Of a DNA stretch of 36,220 nt, positions 1 to 7,547 are shown piece after piece; the stretch's first letter is position 1, and each line of letters opens with the position of its first letter. The position numbers and the translations under genes were made by a program. A model generated the notes under the pieces. The model had not been told where the DNA came from. It saw only the letters and a list, made by a program, of their open reading frames with translations, and did not search any database. Origin of the DNA: a virus (lineage: Duplodnaviria; Caudoviricetes); IMG/VR virus record IMGVR_UViG_3300044260_000048, positions 1 through 36,220 of that record; one strand, 5' to 3'.

Positions 1-127
1 TCGTCGGCGTCGGGAGGCCGTAGTAGCCGGTGATCGTCCGGGCCACGCCATCGGTCGTCACCCAGCCGCGAGCCTTGACCGAATCCCAGAGCTGGGGCGG
101 CCAGAGGCCTGGCGACGTGTCGTTCGG
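1..127. repeat. Terminal direct repeat (copy 1), identical to 36094-36220; circular-assembly overlap
   Basis: Exact 127-nt match of window start and end; one reading frame runs straight through it. Confidence 0.95.
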
Positions 128-436
128 ATCGCCGTTCTCGGCCTTTACGCGCTTGTACGTGGCCTGGAAGTCGATAGCGCCCTTGGGCACGACCCGGCCC
201 TCGTCGAGGACCTCCTGGCCGTCCTGGACGTAGGAGCCAGAGGCCGAGACGCAGGACCCCAGCGGGAACTGGTCGATCGTGTAGGACGGGCACATCGGCG
301 AGTGGAACGTCGGCTCGGGGTCGGGCGCCACCGGCGGGGCGATGAGCAGCTCGATCGGCCAGGCCTTGGCGAGCTTCTCGCGCGGCGTCGGCAGCCCACC
401 GAGCGGGTAGGGGAACGGCGCGAGATCGTCAGCCAT
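1..436 (-). CDS. Papain-like (C1-type) cysteine peptidase, 5' part; continues across the junction into 36220-35513 (338 aa total); putative lysin
   Basis: ATG at 436 (MADDLAPFPYPLGGLPTP...) is in frame with ORF 35513..36154; motif IDQFPLGSCVS has the oxyanion Gln and catalytic Cys. Confidence 0.8.
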   Translation of the reverse strand, partial: MADDLAPFPYPLGGLPTPREKLAKAWPIELLIAPPVAPDPEPTFHSPMCPSYTIDQFPLGSCVSASGSYVQDGQEVLDEGRVVPKGAIDFQATYKRVKAENGDPNDTSPGLWPPQLWDSVKARGWVTTDGVARTITGYYGLPTPT

Positions 437-662
437 CGGTGCAGCCTCGCGGGCCGAAGCACGACTCGCAGAGCGCCTCGGGCGGGACGTTCTCGATCGA
501 GCCGATGACGAGCTCGGCGTGGAGGTCGAGCTCGTGGCAGGAGCGGACGTGGTCACCGAGCAGGAACGCCCGGTGATAGGTCCCGCGGTGCTCGAGGTAG
601 AGCACGCCTGCCTGGAGCGGCAGGGCGATCTCGGCGAGCTCGGCCTCGAGGACGGCGCTCAT
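429..662 (-). CDS. Hypothetical protein (His/Cys motifs, CxxC)
   Basis: 77-aa ORF overlapping both neighbours at stop/start junctions. Confidence 0.6.
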   Translation of the reverse strand: MSAVLEAELAEIALPLQAGVLYLEHRGTYHRAFLLGDHVRSCHELDLHAELVIGSIENVPPEALCESCFGPRGCTDG

Positions 663-982
663 GGCGCTACGTCCACCCGCGGGTCATGGCGCCCGACGAC
701 GCAGAAGCCGCAGACCGGCACGGGGACGTCGATCGCGCAGCCGCAGCCGCAGGCGCAAGAGACGGCAGGGGCCGGGAGCGGGCGAGGGAAGCCTGCCGGG
801 GCGGTGACGAGGCTCGGATCCTCGCCACGTTCCCTCGCCCGCTCTCGGGCCCGGCGGAGGCGTTCACGTTCGCGGTACTCCGGGTGTGCCGCCTTCCAGG
901 CCCGCCAGTACGCGCGTCGGTACTCGGGGTCGTGGATCCGGCCGCCACGACTGCCGGGGCCGGTCGGGAGGCGGTTGCCCAT
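659..982 (-). CDS. Hypothetical protein with an Arg-rich helix and a Cys-rich C-terminus
   Basis: MGNRLP...CACGCGC...CGFC; start may instead be GTG 997. Confidence 0.55.
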   Translation of the reverse strand: MGNRLPTGPGSRGGRIHDPEYRRAYWRAWKAAHPEYRERERLRRARERARERGEDPSLVTAPAGFPRPLPAPAVSCACGCGCAIDVPVPVCGFCVVGRHDPRVDVAP

Positions 983-998
983 GGGACGCTCGGCCACC

Positions 999-1316
999 TC
1001 ACGTCGCCCTCCGCCACTCGAGCGTCGCCGCGAGGGCGATCCCGCCGGCGACCAGGGCACCGCGACAGGCGAAGGCGATCGCGGTGAACGCCTGGTGCCA
1101 CGGATCGCCAGGCGCGTGGAGCTCCGTCAAGGCATCGGCGACGAGCTCGAGCCCGGCGATGACGAGGAGCGAGTCGATCAGCAGCAGGCGGCTCATGTCG
1201 CGCTGGTGCCAACGCCGGTGGAGCCGATAGCGGGCGAGCAGGAGGACAACGAAGGCCGCCAGGCCTAGCGTCGCGAGCACGAGCTGGATCTCCCGCTCAT
1301 CGACCGCCACGTTCAT
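999..1316 (-). CDS. Membrane protein (~3 TM) in the putative lysis module
   Basis: ATG 1316 (MNVAVDERE...), three hydrophobic segments. Confidence 0.65.
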   Translation of the reverse strand: MNVAVDEREIQLVLATLGLAAFVVLLLARYRLHRRWHQRDMSRLLLIDSLLVIAGLELVADALTELHAPGDPWHQAFTAIAFACRGALVAGGIALAATLEWRRAT

Positions 1317-1530
1317 CCTCGTCGTCTTTCCGGGGCCGAGATAGTCCCGGGATGACGACCTCGTACCCAAGTTGGAGCAGGACTGCGCCAGAGAGCAGGG
1401 CGACGAGCGGCAGGTCGCTCCCACGCACCGGGTCGAGAACCACGATCACGACCAGGCCCAGGAAGGCGACGATCGACACGACGCGCAGCCAGCGGACGAG
1501 CGGATCCCGCCCGCCCCACAGCATCCCCAC
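1297..1530 (-). CDS. Small 2-TM membrane protein, holin-like; first gene of the putative late operon
   Basis: Two hydrophobic helices, charged C-terminus, AGGAG upstream. Confidence 0.6.
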   Translation of the reverse strand: MGMLWGGRDPLVRWLRVVSIVAFLGLVVIVVLDPVRGSDLPLVALLSGAVLLQLGYEVVIPGLSRPRKDDEDERGGR

Positions 1531-1537
1531 CCGCGGC

Positions 1538-1770
1538 GGTGCTCCTATGCACCAGGTAGGCGCCGGAGATGCGCGGCGGCTGTGGCTGGCCGTTCATCGC
1601 ACATCCGCGGCCGCCGCCCTGAACGGCGGGAAGGAGGTGCCCGGCGTTACGGCGCCGGGCTGCCGGGCGAGCCTGGAGGCACAGATGGCGCTCGCCAGTA
1701 GATGGTTAGGACGGCCCGGCTCACGGCCGTCCTCGTGATCTGCCGACACTGTCACGCCCTACAGCGTGTC
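1538..1770 (-). promoter_or_regulatory. Structured leader with six stem-loops upstream of the late/lysis genes
   Basis: Inverted repeats at 1538-1553, 1589-1627, 1639-1660, 1666-1696, 1708-1733 and 1745-1770. Confidence 0.5.
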
Positions 1771-1998
1771 CTCGTCGCCTCCCGTGACGCTAGTAGGAGT
1801 AGTACTAGGGCCATTCGGCCCCCAGACGAGCCGGGCGGCGGCGCCGAGGTGGTCGACGCCGAGCTTGCGATAGGCGGCTCCGAGGTGGCGATCGACCGTA
1901 TGAACCGTCACGCCCAGGGCGTGAGCGGTGGCTCGCCGGCTACCGCCGGGACGCGTACACAGCTCGAGGACCTCCAGCTCGCGCTCGGTCAGGTCCAT
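1759..1998 (-). CDS. LuxR/GerE-type HTH protein, candidate late-gene regulator
   Basis: LTERELEVLEL...TAHALGVTVHTVDRHLGAAYRKLGV matches the LuxR C-terminal pattern. Confidence 0.85.
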   Translation of the reverse strand: MDLTERELEVLELCTRPGGSRRATAHALGVTVHTVDRHLGAAYRKLGVDHLGAAARLVWGPNGPSTTPTSVTGGDEDTL

Positions 1999-2435
1999 CG
2001 CCCCGTCGGGTCGGGCTGGCTACCTTTGCCGAGGTTGCACGGCTCGCAGGCAGTCGCCAGGTTGTCAATGTCATCCGTTCCACCGGCGGCGACTGGGACG
2101 CGGTGGTCGATGACGAGTCGGGCATGGGCGGCTGTCGCGCCGCAATACACGCACCGGAAGCCGTCACGCTCGAGGACGAGCCAGCGCTTGCCGGGACTGA
2201 TTCCGTGGCGCGGTGACTCCCGTCGGCCGAACCGCCACGGGCGAGGGTATGAGTACATGTAGCCGAGCTGGCCGGCGTACTCCGCGATCAGGTCGGCTAC
2301 GGCTTCCTCCGCTGCCTCCCGGGTTGGCCGTGTCCGCGACTTGCGCCTCCCGTCGGCCAGGGTGATGACAGCCAGCCAGCTATCGCGGCCCGAGTGGCGT
2401 TTGACGCAGCCGCTGCCGAGCGGCCGGCGGCTCAC
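1989..2435 (-). CDS. HNH endonuclease with an N-terminal integrase-arm-binding-like domain
   Basis: RDGFRCVYCG...IDHRVP...GGTDDIDNLATACEPCNLGK; N-terminus aligns by eye with the integrase N-terminus. Confidence 0.85.
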   Translation of the reverse strand: MSRRPLGSGCVKRHSGRDSWLAVITLADGRRKSRTRPTREAAEEAVADLIAEYAGQLGYMYSYPRPWRFGRRESPRHGISPGKRWLVLERDGFRCVYCGATAAHARLVIDHRVPVAAGGTDDIDNLATACEPCNLGKGSQPDPTGRWT

Positions 2436-2439
2436 ACCA

Positions 2440-2461
2440 GACCCCTATCCGAACCCCTACG
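2440..2461. repeat. Putative integrase arm-type sites, left pair
   Basis: GACCCCTATCC (2440) and AACCCCTACG (2452), 12-bp spacing; same motif on the other side of the att core. Confidence 0.65.
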
Positions 2462-2484
2462 CGGTCGGAGGGTGTCGGTTCCTG

Positions 2485-2509
2485 GCATGAACAGACGTGC
2501 TGTTCGTGC
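2485..2509 (-). terminator. Hairpin just downstream of the tRNA-His CCA; possible terminator/processing signal in the lysogen
   Basis: GCATGAACAG-N5-CTGTTCGTGC; no U-tract. Confidence 0.35.
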
Positions 2510-2516
2510 GGGGTGG

Positions 2517-2568
2517 TGGGGTGGCCTACGGGGCTTGAACCCGTAACCTTCGGAGCCACAATCCGATG
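2517..2568 (-). other. attP core: 3' half of tRNA-His(GUG)
   Basis: Minus strand reads TCGGA-TTGTGGC-TCCGA (anticodon arm, GTG), ACGGG-TTCAAGC-CCCGT (T arm), AGGCCAC-C-CCA (C73 discriminator typical of His); D arm and 5' acceptor strand absent; adjacent to the integrase. Confidence 0.9.
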
Positions 2569-2595
2569 CCGTTGAACGGGGAATCGCCGGTTCCG

Positions 2596-2617
2596 GACCC
2601 CTACCGAGACCCCTATC
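2596..2617. repeat. Putative integrase arm-type sites, right pair
   Basis: GACCCCTACC (2596) and GACCCCTATC (2608), 12-bp spacing, overlapping the int stop codon. Confidence 0.65.
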
Positions 2618-3680
2618 CCGTCCGGCGCTTGTCGATGCGGCGGATGTTGGCCGCCTGGCGGACAGGGTCGACGTGGGCGTAGATGCGGGCCGTGAGCGCC
2701 GGGTTGCGGTGCCCGAGCTGCTCCGCGATGTCCCGCATCGGGACGCCGTCGGCAAGCAGCAGCGTCGCCACGCCGTGGCGGAGGAGGTGCGGATGGATGC
2801 GTCCCAGCCCGGCAGCCTCGAGGATCCGGGGCAGGGCGTGGCTGACCGTGTAGCCGGCCAGGCGATCGCCAGAGCGCGGGCCGAAGAAGACGGGCTCGTC
2901 TCGCCCGCGGCGGGGAGCTGCGGCGATCGCCTCGCGCAGGGCGACGACGGCATCGTCGCTGATCGGCACCGCCCGGACGCGGGTCTTGCTGCGCCGCACC
3001 TGGAGGTAGCCCCGCTCGAGCTGGCAGTCGCCCTGGTCGAGCCCGAGCGCCTCGCCGAGACGCAGGCCGGATCCCAGCAGGAGCCGCACGAGCGGTCCGA
3101 GGAAGGTCCCGGCGGTGGCGTCGACGATCGCGTCGCGAGCTTCGGGTGTGAGGGCGCGGACGGGCTCGCGCTCGATCCGCGGGAGGGCCACGCCGTCGGC
3201 CGGGTTGTCGAGGATCGTCCGGTCGGCCTTCGCGTCGTTGAGCGCGACAGAGAGCGTCCGGATGATGAGGTGGATCGTGCCGGCGGACAGGCCCCTGCGC
3301 TCGAGATCGGCCACGAGCCGGCGGACATCGCGTGGGGCGAGCTTGCCGAGCGCGATCCCGCCCAGGAGCGGGCCGATGTGGTTGTCGATGTGGCCCTGGT
3401 AGGACACCCGGGTCGACGGGCGGATCTTGCGGCCGTGGTCGACGATCCATTCGCGGAGGTACGTGTCGAGCGTTTCGCTCGCTGGATGCCCGCCCTGGCC
3501 GTACAGGCGGCGGAGCCGCTCGAGCTCGGCGTCGGCCTCGGTACGGGTGCGGCACTTGACGCGCTTGTCGAGCCGGCGCCCATCGACGACACCCAGCGGG
3601 TACCGGGCGACCCATCGCCGCTCGGAGCGAAGGAAGTAGACGGTGCCCTCCCCGCGGCGTCCCCTGCGCGCCATGCCCAC
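2613..3680 (-). CDS. int: Tyrosine integrase
   Basis: Catalytic R (GLRLGE), K (RSKT), HxxR (HLLRH), H (LGH), Y (IYAH); arm and core-binding domains; alternative start ATG 3674. Confidence 0.95.
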   Translation of the reverse strand: MGMARRGRRGEGTVYFLRSERRWVARYPLGVVDGRRLDKRVKCRTRTEADAELERLRRLYGQGGHPASETLDTYLREWIVDHGRKIRPSTRVSYQGHIDNHIGPLLGGIALGKLAPRDVRRLVADLERRGLSAGTIHLIIRTLSVALNDAKADRTILDNPADGVALPRIEREPVRALTPEARDAIVDATAGTFLGPLVRLLLGSGLRLGEALGLDQGDCQLERGYLQVRRSKTRVRAVPISDDAVVALREAIAAAPRRGRDEPVFFGPRSGDRLAGYTVSHALPRILEAAGLGRIHPHLLRHGVATLLLADGVPMRDIAEQLGHRNPALTARIYAHVDPVRQAANIRRIDKRRTG

Positions 3681-3681
3681 A

Positions 3682-3861
3682 TCATGCGCCCCCGCGGCGC
3701 TGCTGCGCGGCCACGAACGCCTCGAGCTCGCGTTCGGTGACCAGGCGCCGGCTGCCGATCGGCACGACGCGGATCCGGCCGGCGCGGACGAGGCGCTCGA
3801 GCGTCCGCCGGCTGATCCGCAGGCGCTCGGCGGCCTCGGTGAGCGTGAGGAGTTGCGTCAT
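3682..3861 (-). CDS. xis: Excisionase (HTH_17-like)
   Basis: MTQLLTLTEAAERLRISRRTLERLVRAGRI...; immediately upstream of int. Confidence 0.8.
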   Translation of the reverse strand: MTQLLTLTEAAERLRISRRTLERLVRAGRIRVVPIGSRRLVTERELEAFVAAQQRRGGA

Positions 3862-3974
3862 CGCCGCCTCGGGCATCGTCGATGCCACTTCACCTTCTCG
3901 CCCCGGACGCCCACGACGAAGCCGAAGTGCTGCCACGGCCAGATCCACCCTGCGCAGTACAAACATCGGGTCAT
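3858..3974 (-). CDS. 38-aa Cys/Trp/His peptide (not in the ORF track)
   Basis: MTRCLYCAGWIWPWQHFGFVVGVRGEKVKWHRRCPRRR; ATGA overlaps at both ends. Confidence 0.55.
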   Translation of the reverse strand: MTRCLYCAGWIWPWQHFGFVVGVRGEKVKWHRRCPRRR

Positions 3975-4558
3975 CGCAGGCCCTCCGCCTGGATCCGCAC
4001 GAGGCCGGCGTCGAGCGACGCAAGGATCCTGAACGCGTCGTCGGAGAGGTCAATCAGCCTGGCTCCGGTGCAGGCGTCGCAGTAGTCGACGACGAGGACG
4101 GTCAGGCAGACGGAGCTCGAGGCCTCGACGCCGCAGATCGCGACGGGGTACGGCATGTCGCCCCAACGCCACGAGTGGACGGCACCGATCAGGCCCTCGG
4201 CCGGGTACCAGGACGCGACGCCGCGGAGGATGGCAGCCGAGGGTGACGCAGTCGGCTGCCGATCGGTCCTCGCCGCTGCTTCGGCGTCAGGGTGGGCCGA
4301 TCCCGGGATCGGGGTCGCCGCCGCCGAGGTCGGCGCCCCGGTCGGCCGTCCACTCCTGCGCCCCAGGACGGACAACGAGTCCAACGCGGGCTGGACGGCC
4401 GACCGCGGAGCCGAGATCTCGACGGGCTCGAACCTGCGCTCGGAGAGTTGGCCGATCGGCGTCGGCGGGCTTGCCGTCACCCGGCCCGCCAGGGCGAGCA
4501 CGACGACGGCCGCCAGGGCGACGAAGGCGAGCGTCACGAGGCGCCACTCGCGGGTCAC
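3971..4558 (-). CDS. Membrane-anchored RlpA/expansin-like double-psi beta-barrel protein
   Basis: N-terminal TM, Pro/Ala linker, GVASWY...VVDYCDAC...LIDLSDDAFRIL; GTG start 4558. Confidence 0.75.
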   Translation of the reverse strand: MTREWRLVTLAFVALAAVVVLALAGRVTASPPTPIGQLSERRFEPVEISAPRSAVQPALDSLSVLGRRSGRPTGAPTSAAATPIPGSAHPDAEAAARTDRQPTASPSAAILRGVASWYPAEGLIGAVHSWRWGDMPYPVAICGVEASSSVCLTVLVVDYCDACTGARLIDLSDDAFRILASLDAGLVRIQAEGLR

Positions 4559-4824
4559 GCCAGCACCGCCAGTCCGCTGGCCGCGCCGAGCGTTCCGACG
4601 ACGAGGGCGCCCGACAGCAGGAGACGCCGGTAGCGCGGCCCGATCGCCGCGGCGCTGAAGATGACGGCGAGCAGGGCGCACTTCGCGGCGAGCGCCGCCA
4701 GCGGGCCGAGGGCCAGCGCCCCGGACATGAGCGGGTTCACTTCCGCCGCGATGCCGTAGGCCCCGACGACGGCGAGGGTCGCGGCGAGGTCAGCAACGTG
4801 GACGGCGAGGACGAGCGGGATCAT
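4555..4824 (-). CDS. Small 3-TM membrane protein (DUF5658-like E-x-N-P motif)
   Basis: ADLAAT...AEVNPLM...K; coupled to both neighbours. Confidence 0.6.
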   Translation of the reverse strand: MIPLVLAVHVADLAATLAVVGAYGIAAEVNPLMSGALALGPLAALAAKCALLAVIFSAAAIGPRYRRLLLSGALVVGTLGAASGLAVLA

Positions 4825-5228
4825 GCCGCGTCCTCGATCGGCTCGACGACGATGCGCGCCCCGAGCTCGTCGAGCCCGTAGATCTTCGAGGCGGCCAGGC
4901 GGACGACCTGGCTGTCGTCGGCGACCACCACGCCGGTCAGGCTGTCGAGGCAGGCCCGAACGAGCTTGTCCAGGTCTGGCCGGCGATCGGGCCAACGATC
5001 GCGTTTCGGTCGGCTGGCCGGGCGGGGGAGCTCGAACTCGACCTGGACGCGCACGGGGCCTCGCAGCATCGGAAGTCCGCCCATCGCGAAGCGAGCCTCC
5101 GATGCGATCGCCGTGCGCCAGACGCCGAGGCCCTTCGCGTCGCTCGTCACGATCGGTCGCCCGCCGCGGACGAACGCCCTCGTCGAACCTTGCGGGACGG
5201 GCAGACCCCGGACCGTGAACGCGATCAT
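4821..5228 (-). CDS. rusA: RusA-like Holliday junction resolvase
   Basis: PVPQGS...RPDLDKLVRACLDSL...DDSQVV. Confidence 0.9.
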   Translation of the reverse strand: MIAFTVRGLPVPQGSTRAFVRGGRPIVTSDAKGLGVWRTAIASEARFAMGGLPMLRGPVRVQVEFELPRPASRPKRDRWPDRRPDLDKLVRACLDSLTGVVVADDSQVVRLAASKIYGLDELGARIVVEPIEDAA

Positions 5229-5620
5229 GACCAGGCGATCCGGTCGAGGATCCGCTTGAGGGCGATCGTCGACTCGCGCTGGCTGGGCAGGTCCGGATCG
5301 GGCTCGTCCCGTTCGGCTTCGGCGAGCTCCGCCCGCCAGGCGTCACGGCGGTGGACGACGTACTGGACGACCCCGGCCCAGGAGTCCCGTCGAGCGATCG
5401 CCTCACGGAGCAGCGCCGGCGTCTCGCGGATCGCCCGGATCAGGATCGCCCGCTCCGACGGGTTCTCGTCCTCCCAGCTGTCCCACTTCGTCCCGTCGGG
5501 CGGGTAGATGATCCCCCGCATCGCGGCCTGGTGGCGGAACGGCTTCCACTCGTCGCTGAACCCGCCGGCGTCCCACGCCTCGAGGGCCGCCTCCCAGTGG
5601 GACCGGCTGAACGTCCTCAC
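5225..5620 (-). CDS. Hypothetical protein in the replication module
   Basis: 131-aa ORF coupled to the initiator and rusA. Confidence 0.7.
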   Translation of the reverse strand: MRTFSRSHWEAALEAWDAGGFSDEWKPFRHQAAMRGIIYPPDGTKWDSWEDENPSERAILIRAIRETPALLREAIARRDSWAGVVQYVVHRRDAWRAELAEAERDEPDPDLPSQRESTIALKRILDRIAWS

Positions 5621-6093
5621 GCCGGTCTCCCCGAAGGGCTCACAGCGACCAGTGGCGGCCTACTACTCTTAGGCGCTGCTGTAAGCCCTGAATCGTCGTC
5701 TTCTTCTCTACCGTTACGCCTTACGCCTAACGCCTCAGACGCGTCGATACGGTCGGGTGACGGCTGCGTTACGGCGTGGTGACGGCGCTGTGACGGCTTG
5801 GAGCGGAGCCGCCGCATCCGCTCGCCGACGGTGATGTCGCCCTCCTGCCACTCGTCCCAGCCGTCGAGGTAGAGACGCCCGTCAGGCAGCACGACCAGGT
5901 CGTGACGCTCGAGCATCGCCCTCGTCCGCCGTCGGCCGAGGATCCTCTCGAGGACCGCCCGGCTCTCGAAGCGGCCACGGTCGGTCTGGCGGCCGGCGGC
6001 GCACATCGCGAGGACCATCCCCAGCGGATCGGGGTGCTGGTCGAGGTTCGGAGACATCCGCAGGTAGGCCTTCGGCAGCGTTCCTCGGGTCAT
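5617..6093 (-). CDS. Putative replication initiator (replisome-organizer-like)
   Basis: ATG 6093; GWDEWQ...ERMRRLR pattern followed by a low-complexity region containing DNA repeats. Confidence 0.6.
   Translation of the reverse strand: MTRGTLPKAYLRMSPNLDQHPDPLGMVLAMCAAGRQTDRGRFESRAVLERILGRRRTRAMLERHDLVVLPDGRLYLDGWDEWQEGDITVGERMRRLRSKPSQRRHHAVTQPSPDRIDASEALGVRRNGREEDDDSGLTAAPKSSRPPLVAVSPSGRPA
5712..5797. repeat. Iteron-like repeats; putative replication origin inside the initiator gene
   Basis: GT(G/T)ACGGC at 5757, 5768, 5779 and 5790 (11-bp period), a degenerate copy at 5746, and tandem TTACGCC/TAACGCC at 5714-5734. Confidence 0.65.
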
Positions 6094-6305
6094 GCGTCCC
6101 CCCGACACGCGCAGCGCCGCTTGCGCCACGCCTGGTGAAGCGCCGAAGCGTTGTGCGCCTTCACGGCTTCCTCGACGTGGCCGGTCGCCGTCGCAACCCA
6201 ACCACCGCAGGCGCATCGTTCGATCCGGCAGACGCACGGCTCCGTGAGACAGCGCGGGCAGCGGGCCTCGACGAAGGAGTAGCGGGGGAGGGCGGGGGCG
6301 GTCAT
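6090..6305 (-). CDS. Small Cys-rich protein, possibly Zn-binding
   Basis: CPRC, CVC, CACG, H..H; ATGA coupling. Confidence 0.6.
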   Translation of the reverse strand: MTAPALPRYSFVEARCPRCLTEPCVCRIERCACGGWVATATGHVEEAVKAHNASALHQAWRKRRCACRGDA

Positions 6306-6514
6306 CGCCGATCCTCGTTGAACCGGCTGGCCGCCGACGCGAGACGCAATAGTCGTGCCAGTTCGTCGCTCCTAGATCGCGGCAGCGCGACCGTGACGAT
6401 CCGGTTTCCTCGTGCCCCGATGATCGTCAGGAACACGCCGACACCCTTGTAGCCGGTGGCGACCTCGATGGACAGACCGTCAAGGTCGAGCGTGATGGCC
6501 TCAGAGGTCGTCAT
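6302..6514 (-). CDS. Hypothetical protein
   Basis: ATG 6514 (MTTSEAITLDL...), ATGA coupling. Confidence 0.6.
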   Translation of the reverse strand: MTTSEAITLDLDGLSIEVATGYKGVGVFLTIIGARGNRIVTVALPRSRSDELARLLRLASAASRFNEDRR

Positions 6515-6539
6515 CGCCCGGCCCACGGTCGCGCCAGCC
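6509..6539. repeat. 31-bp direct repeat, copy 1 (left flank of the methyltransferase)
   Basis: CGTCATCGCCCGGCCCACGGTCGCGCCAGCC, identical at 7542-7572. Confidence 0.95.
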
Positions 6540-6561
6540 CGGAGGTGGAGACGGTGGTCAT
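6511..6561 (-). CDS. 16-aa coupling mini-ORF (MTTVSTSGLARPWAGR)
   Basis: ATGA overlap with the MTase stop and with the next start. Confidence 0.35.
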   Translation of the reverse strand: MTTVSTSGLARPWAGR

Positions 6562-7547
6562 GCGCCGAGACCCATCGGTACCTGCCGGTTCCGTTCGAGG
6601 CACTGGACGAGGTAGTCGCCCGAGAGGTCGATGAGGACGGCCCGCCGTCCGAGGTGCTGCGCCACGAGGCCCGTCGTGCCGGAGCCTGCGAAGGGGTCGA
6701 GCACGGTCCCGCCTTCGGGGCAGCCCGCCTTGACGCACGGCTCGACGAGCTTCTGTGGGAACGTAGCGAAGTGGGCGCCGGGGTAGGGCTGGGTGGCGAT
6801 GGTCCAGACGGAGCGGAGGTTGCGGCCGGCTGGATTCCCGACGCTGCGCTTCTGCCCGACGTTCGTCAGTCCGGACGCCGCCATCTTCCGGTCAGTGGAC
6901 TCCTTGACCAGCCCGCCGATCCGATCTCGGCCCTCGGTCATCTTCCGAATGTCGGACGGGCCCGACTGGACGGCCTCCAGCACCGCCTCGGTGTCATAGA
7001 AGTACCGCGCCGACTTCGAAAGCAGGAAGAGGTACTCGTGGCTCTTGGTCGGCCGGTCCGTGACGCTCTCGGGCATCGGGTTCGGCTTCGACCAGATGAT
7101 GTCCGAGCGGAGGTACCAGCCGTCCGCTTGGAGGGCGAAGGCGACGCGCCACGGGATGCCCACGAGGTCTTTGGGCTTGAGGCCGCCGGATGAGCGCGGG
7201 ACGATGACGCTCGGTTCCTGCGGCAGTCCCTTCCGGTGGCGCGAGGGATGGCCGTTGCTCGACTCACTGGCGTTGCTCGTGGCGTATGAGTCCCCGAGGT
7301 TGAGCCACACCGTGCCGTCAGCGCGCAGGACGCGCCGCACCTCGCGGAACACGTCCACCAGCGCGGCGACGTACTCCTCCGGGGTCGCTTCGAGACCGAG
7401 CTGGCCCGCCACGCCGTAGTCCCGCAGTCCCCAGTACGGCGGCGAGGTCACGACGCAATGGACCGACTCGTCGGGCAGCTCGCGGAGGACCTCGCGGGCG
7501 TCGCCCTGGTAGACGGTGAGGTGGTCGTCGTGCCAGTAGGGCGTCAT
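6558..7547 (-). CDS. DNA methyltransferase, N4-C/N6-A class beta
   Basis: Catalytic TSPPY precedes SAM-binding VLDPFAGSGTT; ATG 7547. Confidence 0.95.
   Translation of the reverse strand: MTPYWHDDHLTVYQGDAREVLRELPDESVHCVVTSPPYWGLRDYGVAGQLGLEATPEEYVAALVDVFREVRRVLRADGTVWLNLGDSYATSNASESSNGHPSRHRKGLPQEPSVIVPRSSGGLKPKDLVGIPWRVAFALQADGWYLRSDIIWSKPNPMPESVTDRPTKSHEYLFLLSKSARYFYDTEAVLEAVQSGPSDIRKMTEGRDRIGGLVKESTDRKMAASGLTNVGQKRSVGNPAGRNLRSVWTIATQPYPGAHFATFPQKLVEPCVKAGCPEGGTVLDPFAGSGTTGLVAQHLGRRAVLIDLSGDYLVQCLERNRQVPMGLGA

Noticed and set aside
1-127. 127-bp terminal repeat as a biological direct terminal repeat
   Set aside because: It falls mid-gene, far from the terminase region, and 127 is a common assembler k-mer length; treated as circular overlap
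2517-2590. Complete tRNA-His gene
   Set aside because: No D arm or matching 5' acceptor strand upstream; it is an att core
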